DNA of 64,000 bases from Octopus vulgaris (Eukaryota), in NCBI GenBank assembly GCA_951406725.2, contig OX597825.1:52266001-52330000 (forward strand), read 5' to 3'. A model generated the notes under the pieces. The model made no database searches and was not told the origin of the DNA. It was given only the letters and a program-made list of their open reading frames with translations. The position numbers and the translations under genes are program-made. Shown piece after piece: positions 24,959 through 38,155 of the stretch. How positions within the stretch are numbered: position 1 is the stretch's first letter; each line of letters opens with the position of its first letter.

Positions 24959-27289
24959 ATAAATTATGTTAAGTTTTAAAACAGATCTAAAAATAGCAAC
25001 AATCATATTTGGTGCCATTAAAGCTTAATTCCATGGAGAGTGAGATTTTTTTTACAACCTAGAGCATATGTAAACATTTTTAGAGTCCCTCTACAGTAAT
25101 ATGTGAGTGGGATATAGTATTACATAAAATACAGCTTTGTTCTAATCACTGCTTCTCTTTATTGTGCTTATGTGAATTTTCTAATTGTCTTGCATTAATT
25201 AGATTATTTGGAAGAAAAGCAATATCTAGCTTTGCAGGATCTCTCTTGCAACTCCAATAGAACGGCCATGTTTGAAGATCATAACAAGATGATTACATAA
25301 GCTCTGTATTGGTGATAATTGACAGCAAAGGAAACACAAGGAAAAAATATTTCAAAGTCTGTACCAAAATTACCTTTAAGATTAAATATAGAAGCTATTC
25401 AATTTGGTAAAATATTATATATTCAAAACAATTTATTGTTATTGTATTCTGACAAAGAATAATTTCTTTATAGGTAAATTCTAATAATGATTCATACATT
25501 TCTAAACCACAAAGATATAACAACACACAATAACAATAATAAATAGAGTAATAATATCAAATAACAATAATATATATATATATAACAATAATAATATATA
25601 TTAGTGTATGTTGATTTACATACTATAATAATACGCAATAGTGGTAATGCATAATAAAACTTAATAACATGATGATAGGAATCACAGTAGACATAGAAAA
25701 CAATAGTAAAATATAACAATGAAAGAATTAGCGAAGATATTCACAGATATCAGTGTTAGAAAGTGGACAATGACATGGGTATCTGGATAATAGTTTGAAA
25801 AGACATGACTGACTTCATACATTTTAGCACGACAGATTAAATAAACTGTAACTTTTTAATGTCCATTATCACCTGGAAATCATATCAGTAACTTAAATAG
25901 CAAGATTTTGATAGATTTCCTGGCGCTAGATCTGTGTGTTACTCAAAGAGAGTTTTAAAGTGTCATCAGGGTTGATAGATTTTAAAATAACATTTATCTA
26001 ACAATTACTTCTTAATTGTTAAAGAGGAGGGGGAAAAAAACCTTTTAGAAATCCTATAACTTGGAAAAGGGACTTGGCATGAATAACTTGATTCAAATGC
26101 CATTGATGGTACACAAAAGCTAGGTGCTTGTTTAAATTGGGCACTGGATTGAGTCTACCACCAAGTTCATTAGTGAAAACTCTCTTATCCAAGTACAAAT
26201 GAAATGAGCTTGAGATTATGGTTCAAAGTTACTGTAAACATTTTCATTAAGCCTTATTCTTCCTTCTACACACCTTGGGTCATCTAGCTGTTGGCAATAG
26301 GTACTAGCACCATTTGGGAATGCTAACTTAGTGAGAAACTACTACAGGTAACTCTTTTATCACTTCATTCACATCACTTTCAATTTTGAACTGTGTCACT
26401 ATATAGTACATATATACAGCCAGGTGGTCCCTGATGTTGATAGTTAACTGTTTAGTTATTCAATACTGTGGTAGTATGAAACCTTTAATCTTGGATTAAA
26501 TCAGCTGACTACCTATCTTTTTAATTTGTGTAATAATATTTCCTTCTTATCGTATGAAGTCCTTTACTTTCTGAGTTCGGATCCTGCAGGGGTCAACCCT
26601 CTGGGGTTGATGATATAAAGTACCAGACAAGTACTGTAGTGAATGTACTGATTAACCCTTTTCTCTCAAATTTCATGTCTTATGTCCTAATTAGTAATAA
26701 AAATTATATGCTATCCTGAACAATAGTGTTATGAACTTGGAGAAAGTTCCAGCAAAATAACCAATGAGTCCCATCATGCACCGCAAAGCTGGGGTGGGCA
26801 TTAAATTCTACAGGAGCCACTTCATATAACTGTTAAGAATTGGAACCAACCTTTTCTAAATGATTTGTTGCCTACCTAATATGAGGTGTTAGTGGAAAGT
26901 TTCCAAACTGCATGTACAGTGATTATACTGCTTAACAGAAATATATGTGTGACTGATAATGACTGCTTACGGAGTCAATTACCAAATAAGCTTCATGCTA
27001 TCAGTCCAGGGTCAAATACTGAATTTTTGTTGTGGTGTGAAAAAATAGTTTAATGGATTTTTATGATTATTGATATAAGCAACTTGCTGGCCTCAAATTT
27101 TATACACAAAGCTCAGCACATCTATAGATGAGATCTTCAAAAGGCTTAGTTAGGTTTTTTGCAAACATTCTGTTGGTCAAACACTGGTTTATGTGTCACC
27201 ATGTTTGAAGAATAGTTGAGTGTCAGCTCAAGATGATAATTGTTCAGGTTGATCAGTACATAACAAAACAACAGAAAAGATCTTTTGTT

Positions 27290-27672
27290 TGTTTCAGTCG
27301 TTTGACAGCAGCAATGCTGCATGCTGAAGGCTTTTAGTTGAACAAATTGACCCCCACCCTAGTACTTATTTTAAAATATGGCATTTATTCTATCAATTTT
27401 TTATGCCAAACTGCTAAGCTGTAAGGACAGAAACAAACCAACACCAGTTGCCAAATAGTTGTGGTGAGGAGGTCAAATACAGACATAAAGACAAACACAC
27501 ATATATATGACAGGCTTCTACACAGTTTTCATCTACCAAATTCACTCACAAGACATTGGTCATCCCAGAGCTCTAATAGAAGATACTTGCTCAAGATATC
27601 GGACACTGAGAGTGAACCCTAAAACATCTAGTTGAAAAGCAAGTTTCTTAACCACACAACCTTGCCTGTACC
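27290..27672 (-). mobile_element. SINE family A, degenerate full-length copy
   Basis: Tail, central CA run and head are all recognisable. Confidence 0.75.
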
Positions 27673-27859
27673 TATTGGGGAAATTTGTGAACTCCTCCTT
27701 AAAAAATATCATTGAATAATCCATCAACTCTCTCACATGATCAGAATCATGTATGGAGTCTGCTAGGAGATTCTTAGAGGAAACCTTGCTTGCTCCATGC
27801 TCTTGCTTGATAGAGCTGAGGTCATCCCAGATTAGTGGTCCCAGAGATGTCATTATGCA

Positions 27860-28080
27860 TAGAACCAGCCAGGTCCACTAGTGCTCTCCCTCACGGGTTG
27901 TCCCATGCCAGCCTTTTTGCATCCTCCAAGGTGATGTTGAGCCTCAAGAGATCTTCCCCAATCACGTCCAGCTATTTGGTATGGGATCTGCTATGAGGCC
28001 TCTTCCAGCCTGTGTTGAATGAGAGTAAAGCCCTGATAGAATCATCTAGCAGAAGATGGAGGACATGTCTGTACCAGCAC
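27860..28080 (-). pseudogene. RTE-like LINE ORF2 C-terminus (different family)
   Basis: WYRHVLHL...GWKRPHSRSHTK*LDVIGEDL, resembling RWFGHVLR...KRPRGRPRTRWLD. Confidence 0.7.
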
Positions 28081-31000
28081 ATGAAACAGATAGCTATGAA
28101 GTGAGAGGCTGTGAGCTGATGTGTGCGTGCATAGAAAACTTAAACATGCTTTTTGTTGCTACAAAGTTTGTCCCTTGCTATTGATAATAAAGTTTATCCA
28201 AAGTAGCAGCATCGTGATGTGTGATTGAAGCCTTATGAGAAAACTAATCATGCACATGTCAAGGTGGATGATCATTACTGAATGTCAAAAGTCGGAGGGA
28301 AAACTTTATAACAATGTGATACATGTTCAGGTTTTCCTGTCAGACACCATAATTAATTCTGTCATATTAGAGTGCTGACTGATTGTTTGGCAGTAGTCCT
28401 CATGGAAGGAAGTCATAAGCATTAACCATATTTTCAGGCACCTTTCTCATTATCGGGCACCTGAATAGTCCTTCACTAGCTGATCAATGTATGCCATTCA
28501 TAACCAGGCATTCAACATAAAGCATTTTTGCTAAAATTCTTCACCAATGAAGAAACATTTTGAGGATCTCCATTGTAGATTTTCAAAACTTCATGCTAAA
28601 TTTGATTGGTAGACATATGTAGGTAGATATATATTGGTAGATATGTATTGGTTGATATGTATTGGTAATCATATATAAGTATACCTACTTCTAGTCTATT
28701 TCACACTGTAAATTTAAAACAAGAACAAAACTCTGCATATGAGATTCTTTGGTTCAGAAATACATTTATAATTCTTATAATACAATTAATTTATTTTACA
28801 TAGATATCTTATACAGTTTATAAAAAAAACCTGAAAGATATTTATGAGGCGTAGACACTAATAAAAGCTGTACAAACACAGAACTTTTAGCAAAGAGTTT
28901 ATATATTTTTATGGTACACCATCATCCAGTGACGACAAGAATAGTTTCCCATTTCATAAGACTGTATTTTGATAATTGCTACAGAAATACTAGATTAAAT
29001 TTACCCCTCCGCACACACACACACATTCTCTCTCTCTCCCTCACACAAGATAAAATATAACAAAACCTAACCAAATAAACCAAATATGTATGTTCTTTTG
29101 CAGTAGAATATACTACCAGTTATCTACCATGAAATCTACTAAATATTTAGCACCTGCTGTTTAGTTCTGTGTTTTTTAATCACATTGGCAATATTGTTAT
29201 GTATTGATTCCTACAGCAGTTTGGATAATGTAAATAATCTGGTATGAAAGAATAACAATGTCAGGATACTGCTGCCTGTCTGTTACCATTCACAACAGTC
29301 TGCAAAACACCAGCCAAATCCTGAGCAGCCAAAATACCCATTTGAAAACATTAGGGAGAAAACTGTGTAAAAGACTCGAACCTATGAAAACAATGTTGTA
29401 AATGGAAATGGAAAGTACTTTGTTGTAAGAATAGCAGAGTAGAAGCCGTTTTGGAAAAGAAGTCTCTCAAGACTTGTTGCACATAATATTTCCATGTAAA
29501 TTTCTAGTTTATACATGGAAAGCTGTGTAGGATAGCATTTGACTGAATCAACATTGCAGTAGCTGAATAGTCTGTTGTTTGAGCAATATTTCATGTTCCA
29601 TACTTTCCAAATCTGTTCACTTGGGATATCTTCAAAGTTCTGCTTTATCACACTTAACTGATCATGACATTGCTTGTAGATAATTGGTAAAGCACGATGA
29701 ATGCAATGGTAAAGGGGTTAGCTGTATAGAATATACCCAATGTTGACAGATTAAATGGTTCTTTTGCTCTCACATTACAAAGAAATGAAAGCTTCCTTTC
29801 TCAATTTTATTTGGAATGTCATAAATACTTTACTAATAGATTAATAAGATAGCGATTCCATTTACCAAAATACACCTGTGTCATTTATTAGAGTTTACCA
29901 CATTACAGTTATCTAAACATAGATTCTGTTCTTGCCATTATATGAAATGTGTCCATTTTCCTGCCTCTGTTGATGAATACAGGAGGTGTATATTATTTAT
30001 AAGTGTATGCATGGCTCTTGTTATTAGTGTCAGAATACACATAACTAGTTTAGATATTGATATCAACTCAAACCCACACACACTCATACTCTCTCTCTCT
30101 CTCACACACACACATTAATGTAACTTTAATTTTCTCAGTGTTGTTGACTTTGTTTGTAGTATGACACAGCTGAAGTGGTAGGATGCTGGAATACCAACTG
30201 AAGCATTAATGGTTTATATTGAAGCATTTGTATAGTGTCCAGTCAACCTAGCTCTATGAGCTAGGTACTTTTCTTCATTGTATAATTAATGTGGGTTTAG
30301 TAGTTTGTGGTTCTGAATTTAGATCCTCCTGTGTACCTGGAGAGCACAAACAGAACCTGCTCCTGTGTATTGATCATCAAAACCTGTGAAGATATTTCTT
30401 CTACAAAGTCACCATGGTAACCTGATGGTAATTTACAAAATATGTTTGTACTATTAGTGTTACAAATAGGCACAGTTAAAAAATTTGCTTTGCCTTCACA
30501 TGGTCTCAATTTCGATCTTTTTGTGTGGCATCTCAGACAAAAATCATTTTCTATAGCTACATGTTGACCCATTCTTTGTGATCAAAGTTACGTAGATGGA
30601 AACTGTATAGAAGCCTGCTGGATGGATTGCATTGTGCTGTCTTGTCACATGCTAGATCATGCTGATTCTGCCAGAAAATTACATTGAATGCATCTGTCAT
30701 TGCTATACCCGGCCACTTCATGCTAATTATATAACTAGGCAATCCAAATGATTACACAAATGAATTCTTATCATTGATCTATCCATAAATATAGGGCTAA
30801 TAAATATTGATTGCTGATGAAGATATGATTAGCCAGAAATAGTAACATCCAGTTAATACCTGTTTTGCTAATTATGGTGAGGCTGTATAATAAACATAAC
30901 ATTAATGAAGGCTTTGTATATCAAGTAAATTTAATTGATACATTTAATGAATTTACAAAGACAGTAACAGCTAAAATCTTTGGGTATACCACAAAGAAAA

Positions 31001-31239
31001 TTTTGCCCAGAAAAAATTACTCCAGTCAGTAATTGAAATAAATATAAAATATAATATTTTGTCAGAAAGAATTTTATTTTCAATGGCTAGTTGACTTTCT
31101 ATGGCACCAAGTAGAGTATGAGTTACTACAGTTCTATTGTGTAGACTTCAGTTTTGCTGTGAAGAAATTTTTATCATAAATTATTTACTGTCATAAGAAC
31201 ACTTTTTAGCATATTTTGCCTGAGAACATCTCACCCCAC

Positions 31240-31420
31240 CATGAAACCAACTTCCTGTCTTAAGTGACTGAAATAATTAAAACCTTCCATCAAAATACCA
31301 TTTTAATTTATGTCCCAAATACCAACTACAATAATGACTGATATTTTTCCTAAATTTTACTTCATTTTCAAAATTATTTAGAATAAAGACAATGTTTCAA
31401 CAGAAATATGGTAACAAAAG
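31240..31420. mobile_element. Inverted copy of the 21556 MITE
   Basis: cattttcaaaattattt...caacagaaatatggtaacaaaag is the reverse complement of 21560-21630. Confidence 0.6.
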
Positions 31421-32837
31421 AACAACATAGTAAAGAATAATGTGTGAAGAAGTGTTTCTTTTGACATGATTTGAACTCATTATTTTTATATTGAATATCA
31501 TAAGTTCTGCACTGTCCTAGTCTATAATGTTACTTCAATAACTTTTGTTTTGTTTGTTTCTATTATTTTTTAACAAAACAAAACGGTAATAGTCATTATT
31601 CAGCATTTGTGTATTTAAAAGACAAATAAGCAAAAGAAAAAAAAGAATACATTAAGAAAAAACAAAACAAGCAAAAAATAAGGAAGCTATCTCATTTATA
31701 AATACTCTGGAAAATCCATTATATTGATGAAGAGATTAATGTGGTGGAACTAAAACTTGTGTCTTCCAATATTTGAGCTGTTCTAAATGTGAGTCTATTG
31801 GACTTGACTGATAAGAAGTCAAAATCTATGCTTTATTGGACAAAATTCAAATTCGGATTACTGTTGCATGCTTAGCTAAAATAAGCTGCTCAAAGTCCTA
31901 TAACCTGATAAGGAATCCGATACATGATTATGGCCATTGAGCACTATTTTAGTGAAGCAGGGCCAAGATGTAGTTATTAGTTACCATCTGGAGCTAAAGA
32001 AATATTTTCCCAAAATAATCTTATATTTTCAACTATTAAATTTCAGTACCTTTAATGATGTGGATTACCATGAACTTTTTTAATCAATGTTGTCTCATCT
32101 GTTGCATCATTCTTGTTTTCTATTACTATTTGTTAGCATGAGTTTGCAATTACAAAAATGTATGCATATGGGTGTGAGTGTATATGTGTGTAAATATTTG
32201 TGTGTGTGCATTTATACTGATAATTTTTAAAAGCCAAAACAATCAATTTATAAAAATAAAACAGGTTGATAGTCTTACCAGGTATTTCAATATTTCAGGG
32301 TTAGGAATCCTTCCCCAGAAAATCATTGGTGAAATGTTGTCACTCACTGACTCTTGATAGAAAAAGTTGAAGAATTTATTTGCTTCAAGATCTACCATTC
32401 CAAAACAGAATTATCTCACATTGTCTCGAAATTAATAAAAATATTCTTATGACCGTTAAACTAATACATCTGTTTGTTGTTTACACACCCATCTTCGTCT
32501 TTTTATTGTTTTTTTATAAACTCCAACTATATATATATATATATATATATATAATAACATTTTTTGATGTCCTGTACCCATATATGCATGTATATATACA
32601 TATGTATGTAGGTATGTACATATATGTATGAATATATGCATATATTTAAATATTATTTATATTATTATATGATCGAACGCCACACATCCTTTTCCAAGTA
32701 AGTTTTATCTTAATAATTATGATGCGCATTCTTCTTCTTTACTGTCTCTTCTCTGTCTATCTCTCTCCCTCTCTTGTTCTACATCCTTTCTGTTTTTCTC
32801 TCCCTCCCTTCTCTATTCTTCTACTCTTGGAGAACCA

Positions 32838-33287
32838 TCACTGAACAACTGACGAACTGGTTGATGTGACTGCTAGGTCCTCAATTTCCTGCTAATGAAT
32901 TTTGAGTGAAGATTTGCAAATGAAAAGAGTTGTAGCTAAATTAGTGCCTCACTTGCTTACAGAAGATCAAAGGCAATCATGACTGAATGCATATCGTGAA
33001 CTGAAAAATGTGTTGGAAATTGACCCGGACTTTTTTGTTTCCCTTAGATGAAAAAGCCCTTAAAGAAAAACATTTTGCAGACAGAAGAGGTGAAGACAAA
33101 AACGATGGAGGCATTAAAAGTCATCACTTCACAGGAGTTCCAGGAGTGCTTTGAACAGTAGAAAATGTATCTGGGTTGATGCATTGCTTCAAATGGAGAA
33201 TACTTTGAAGGTGATATAAAAGTGTAAAAATGTAAAACTAAGTCAATAAAATGATATTGCAAAATTCTGGCTTCTTTTGGGTACCCC

Positions 33288-33291
<4 letters not shown>
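32838..33291 (+). mobile_element. mariner transposase remnant, catalytic domain deleted, right TIR present
   Basis: ILSEDLQMKRVVAKLVPHLLTEDQ (WVPHEL-like motif) and C-terminal CIASNGEYFEGD; ends ttttgggtaccccctca followed by TA. Confidence 0.88.
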
Positions 33292-33344
<53 letters not shown>

Positions 33345-33535
33345 CAAGGGCTGGACAAAATAATGGAAACATCTTTTAATATGGGGTACGATCACCTTTA
33401 GCAGTAATTACAGCTTGATTTCTATGAGGTATGGACTGGTGCATAGTTTGAATTGTTTCCAAAGGAATTTTTGTCCATTCTTCAGCTAAAACAGTCTCTT
33501 GAAGTGTTGATGTTGGAGGATATTGCACCATAAAT

Positions 33536-33706
33536 ACATTATTCATTTGAACCTGGCTTCTCATTTCTAATGTATTTTTCGTTATTATTATTATAATCTT
33601 GGGGTCAGTAGCCCAGGCTCTTAATCACTAAGCCATATGCCCATGGGCAATTACGGAGTGAATTTTAGCACTGATATATCGAAGTTCGATTCCAGGCAGC
33701 GACCCA

Positions 33707-33762
<56 letters not shown>

Positions 33763-33942
33763 CAACATCGAAAAATACCTTAGGAATGAGAATCCAGGTT
33801 CGAAATTTCCCCAAGACACCTGATGAAGGCTGGAGGGTATATTAGCTGAAACATTGTGTTAACAACAAATAAGATGAGGACAGATATCCATCAAACGTAA
33901 ATAATGTAAATAATGTACATAATTCTTCATCTCTTAACTGTA
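33536..33942 (+). mobile_element. SINE/Penelope-like non-autonomous retroelement inserted in the Tc1
   Basis: 12-bp flanking direct repeat tgcaccataaat (33524-33535, 33943-33954), internal inverted copy, A/B boxes, (AAT)n and hammerhead motif. Confidence 0.7.
33815..33860 (+). ncRNA. Minimal type I hammerhead ribozyme, probably decayed
   Basis: gacac-CTGATGA-a-ggctgg-loop-ttagct-GAAA-c-att-gtgtt; stem I gacac/gtgtt; stem III aacatt is one transition away from palindromic aacgtt. Confidence 0.65.
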
Positions 33943-34978
33943 TGCACCATAAATGTTCGATAATATTGAGATCTGGGGACTGTTGGGGCCAGAGAAGATG
34001 TTCAACTTCACTAGAATGTTCTTCCTGCCATTTATTAACAACTTTAGCAGTGTGAATTGGTGCATTATCATCCTAAACAATTGTTTCCCTCTGCAAACAG
34101 TTTCGTAATCATAGGATGAATTTGATCAGATAAAATGCTCAAATAGTATTGACTATTAATTCTGCCATGAAAGGAAACCATTGGGCCGGTGGATTTCCGA
34201 GATGTAGCCCCATCAGATCATCACAGATCCTCCTCCATGTTTAACAGTTGGAAGAATGCAGTCTGGGTCAAATGCTTCTTTTAGTTGTCTCCACACATGT
34301 ACTCAGCCAGTGGTCAGAAATAAGGTATAAGATGACTCGTCTGAGAAAATAACATTCTTCCACTGATCTAGGGACCAATTCTGTAGGTTTTTACTCAACT
34401 CTAAATGCTTTGCAACGTTTGTTTTTGAAAGAGTGGTTTTCTGATTGCAGTCCTCCTGTGAAATCTGGCTTTGTGCAGCTCCTGGTGAAGTTTTTGTGGA
34501 AACTGGGTTCTCGAGGTGGTCATTAAGCTCTGCAGGAATTTTGGGACCTGTACTTTTGTGATCCTTTCTAACAATTCACATAAGAGTCTGATGGTCCCTG
34601 TCTGAAAGTTTTGGTTTTCTTCTATAGTTTTGTTTTGATGAGGAGGTTTTTCCCTTTTTCTCAAAGGCTGTCATTACTTTCAAGATGGTAGTTCTTGATG
34701 CATCAAATGTTTCAGTTGTTTTCGTTATGCTAGCACCTGCTATACAAGCACCAGCAATTTGATCTCTTTGAAAGTCTGATACATCTGTCATTTTAATGAA
34801 TTTTAATTACCTTTTTCTGATGATATCTGAAAAGAAACAGCAATTTTAGCAAAACATATTAACCAACACTAATGATATATCAAAAATCAACATAAAAATA
34901 AATAAGCTTTTGACGGTTTTATAGATATTTTCAAATTATGATGCTATGATGCTAGGTGTTTCCATTATTTTGTCCAAC

Positions 34979-35069
<91 letters not shown>

Positions 35070-35780
35070 TATAAATTATGAGCTACAGGTTATGCTGCCG
35101 TCTAAGGGATAAATGTATCTGTAGGCACTACTGGTGTATCACCTCACTATGTATAGTCTTTGCTATAACGTTAACAGTAGTTGGTAATTTAAATGGCAAA
35201 CCATGGTTTAATATATTCAGATAATAAAAGAAATGGTTCAACAATGAACAGCTAGAAGTTGATCATTGGTATTAAAATGTCATAGTTTAATTGTAGTTGA
35301 AAAACATTTACAGTTGTTTCAGTTTGTTATTTTTTAAGTAAATTTGCATTTATCTCGTTCCATTTAACAAACATTGTTAGAATAATTTAAAGTTTATTGG
35401 AGGAATATAGAGAGGAGAAAAAGGAAAAGGTAAGGAAAAAGGAAAAAATGTAAAATGTTTAAACGGCAGTGCTTCAGCATGGCCACAGTTCTGAGCTGAA
35501 ACTAGAAAAAAAAAAAAAAAGTCTTTAGGGCTTACATTTTTGTGTCCTTTAAGATTCCACGTGTGTGTACATTTCTTCAATTAGATGAATGGAACAATAA
35601 GTGGGAAAAATCACTAGTTGACTGGCATTGCTAGTAGAAAGGGGTTATACCTGGTAGTAATATCCGGTGTCGTTAATTGTAATAAATAACGCTGTTTGAG
35701 ACTGCTAGATAAATCCCTATTTTATTTAAATGTTAATTCAATCTTTCTCTTTTTCTTGTTGAAATTGTTGATAACATCTA

Positions 35781-35839
<59 letters not shown>

Positions 35840-36135
35840 ACATCATCATCATCATCATCATCCTTTAATGTTCTTTTTCCATGCTGGTTTCACTGGAGCT
35901 GGTAAGTTGGAGAGCTGTACCAGGCTCCAGTCATCTGTTTTGGCTTTGTTTTTATAGCTGGATGCCCTTCTCAATTCCAACCACTTTACAAAGTGTACTG
36001 GGTGTCTTTTACATGCCACCAGCATGGGTTATCCCTTTTATGTGGCATTTGCATGTGTGGCTTTTATGTGTCACTGGCATTGGTCAAAACCACCATTCCA
36101 CTTAGCTTGACATGTCTTCTCAAGTACAGATAGTA
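35840..36135 (-). mobile_element. RTE 3' UTR fragment with (CAT)n tail next to (TA)n
   Basis: catcatcat-tttaatgttctttttccatgctgg ... ggatgcccttc ... ccactttacaaagtgtactggg. Confidence 0.75.
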
Positions 36136-37134
36136 AAAACAATAACCTTAGATCAGTATTTGTGGTTTGTTGTTGAGTAAGTCTTTGACAATGTATCAAA
36201 CACCCTTCTTTCAATCCAGTACTGGATGTTAGTGTGTGCAGCAGTGGCAACACCATCCAACATATGTAAGTATAATTTCAATTTAGGTCTCAAATGAACT
36301 TTCTAGAAGTTTCAGTAAATAATCAGCTTAAGCTAAAATACTTTGACCCTGACTGGAAAACCTGATCTTTGGAGTGCCTTTGTAAAAGTTTTACCTGAGA
36401 CTGCAAGAAAAGGTATTTAGATTGAGACTAAATTCCTAAAAATATGTAGCAACTGTGGTTTGGTGCTTTTTGAAGATGACATTGTCATGTCTTCATTCAA
36501 AGTATTGCATGTATGCCATGTGCTGTGTAGTGTATGTGCAATAGTTTAAGGTGGAATGAAAGATATCCATCTTCCCTGCTGGCATGCATTGGGTGGATCA
36601 GCAGGATCTGAACCAGGGGAGTATGTTGAGCTACAGCACTGCTCTAGCATGATGACCACAGTTGGAAATCTTGCTGAAGCAGATATGAGAGCTTGACACA
36701 GTGATCTTGCTCCTCAGATCTTATATATGTGTGTATGTGTATAACATATATATGTGTATAAAACATACACAAACACTCTGATATTTGTAAGTATCTGCTG
36801 GGAAACATTGACATGCCAGCCTATCACCAACCTTTATGTTTAATTGTATTTTTTCCTTGTAATTTCAGTTAATGCTGACCATCACTTCCTTTTTCCTGTA
36901 CCCCACCTCTACTGAGTATCTTTATGACATCCCATATCACACACAGAGAAATCTACAACATACATTACCTAACTATTATCTGTCTGTGTCATTGTAGCCT
37001 AATTAAAACTATCTTAAATACAAAAAGAAAATGTAAAAATGAGGGAGAATCCGATAATGAAAATCATTGGACAAAAGAACTCAAGGGAGAGTGCAGAGAG
37101 TGTGAGAAAGCGACTGAGAGAAATAGGGAGAGAA

Positions 37135-37139
<5 letters not shown>

Positions 37140-37198
<59 letters not shown>
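37140..37198. repeat. (GA)n microsatellite within a purine-rich tract
   Basis: Directly visible. Confidence 0.95.
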
Positions 37199-37202
<4 letters not shown>

Positions 37203-38155
37203 GTGAAGGCAAGAGAAAGACGTTTGGAAAGAAGAAGCAAGAGAAAGATTGGGTGAGGAGAAACATTGTAAGAAGCTGCTTGAAGTGGGGAAAGACTGAG
37301 AATGAGATTGAAAAGAAAAGAAGAACTGTGAGAGAATACAGAGAAAGTTTAGAGAGAAATGAAGAGAGAGAAAAAGAGTGAGGGAGAGTGAGAGAGAAAG
37401 AGAGAGAGGGAGAGAGGTTAAGGTTCAATCAGTAATATTTCTAAAATCATCATAATTCTACACCAGCCGTAGTTATGGTTTTATATTATAGAAGTGGTGG
37501 GGAATAGAATAGAATTGGCAGCTTGCTGAACTGCCAAAACAGACTTCTGCACCACAACAAATGATAAGAAAGTTGAACGTAGCATTGTGGTTGCAAAAAT
37601 ACAAATTAAAGAAGAGAAAATTAAAATAATATATAAACAAGAACCTGACCAAGAGCTCTGGTACCGATAACAAGTAATTAGTAGTACCAATATAGATTAC
37701 TGCTAATGTTGATCTTTCACGCATCTATTATAGATTGAAAACAGACAAATAATCCCAAAACATGATGCATTTAGAATAAGACTTCTGGAGGCACATCATG
37801 CTCCCCACCTCCTTTGTTGTAGATATTTATACATAAATATTTCCACTGAGAAATGGTATTTTTTCTGTTTGCTTTGTATTTTTGTATTCCAATAAAGCTT
37901 GTATGTAAATTATGTGATAAATTTCTTCAGTAGATTTATCTCTGTATTATATTATAATACTTACTTGGAGGCATGTCCTTATTTAAGCTAGTAAGTGTCA
38001 GCTTTATACATCCAGTTTAATAAACAAGCATGCTCATGTATACACCTGTTATTTATAAATGCACATATACACACATACATATTGGTATGAAGTGATTTTA
38101 ATCATGCATACTCATTAGTGTGAGTATTGGTGTGTGTGTGTGTATATATATATAT

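Larger units (their letters stand above)
33345..34983 (-). mobile_element. Tc1-family (DD34E) transposon, both TIRs present, transposase pseudogenised
   Basis: ~30-bp TIRs (ggacaaaataatggaaaca core) flanked by TA; minus-strand MTDVSDFQRDQI..., VIFSDES, TVKHGGGSVM, DDNAPIH, WPQQSPDLNIIEHLW, AKGDRTPY*. Confidence 0.95.

Noticed and set aside
28130-28620. Possible minus-strand mariner remnant
   Set aside because: I could not recover a diagnostic motif or TIR
29382-29651. Minus-strand ORF with YP..L....ATS.ERL, similar to a hAT dimerisation domain
   Set aside because: Similarity is too weak to call without an HMM search, and no termini were found
30810-30850. ctgatga...gaaa hammerhead-like motif
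   Set aside because: Stem II and stem I do not pair convincingly
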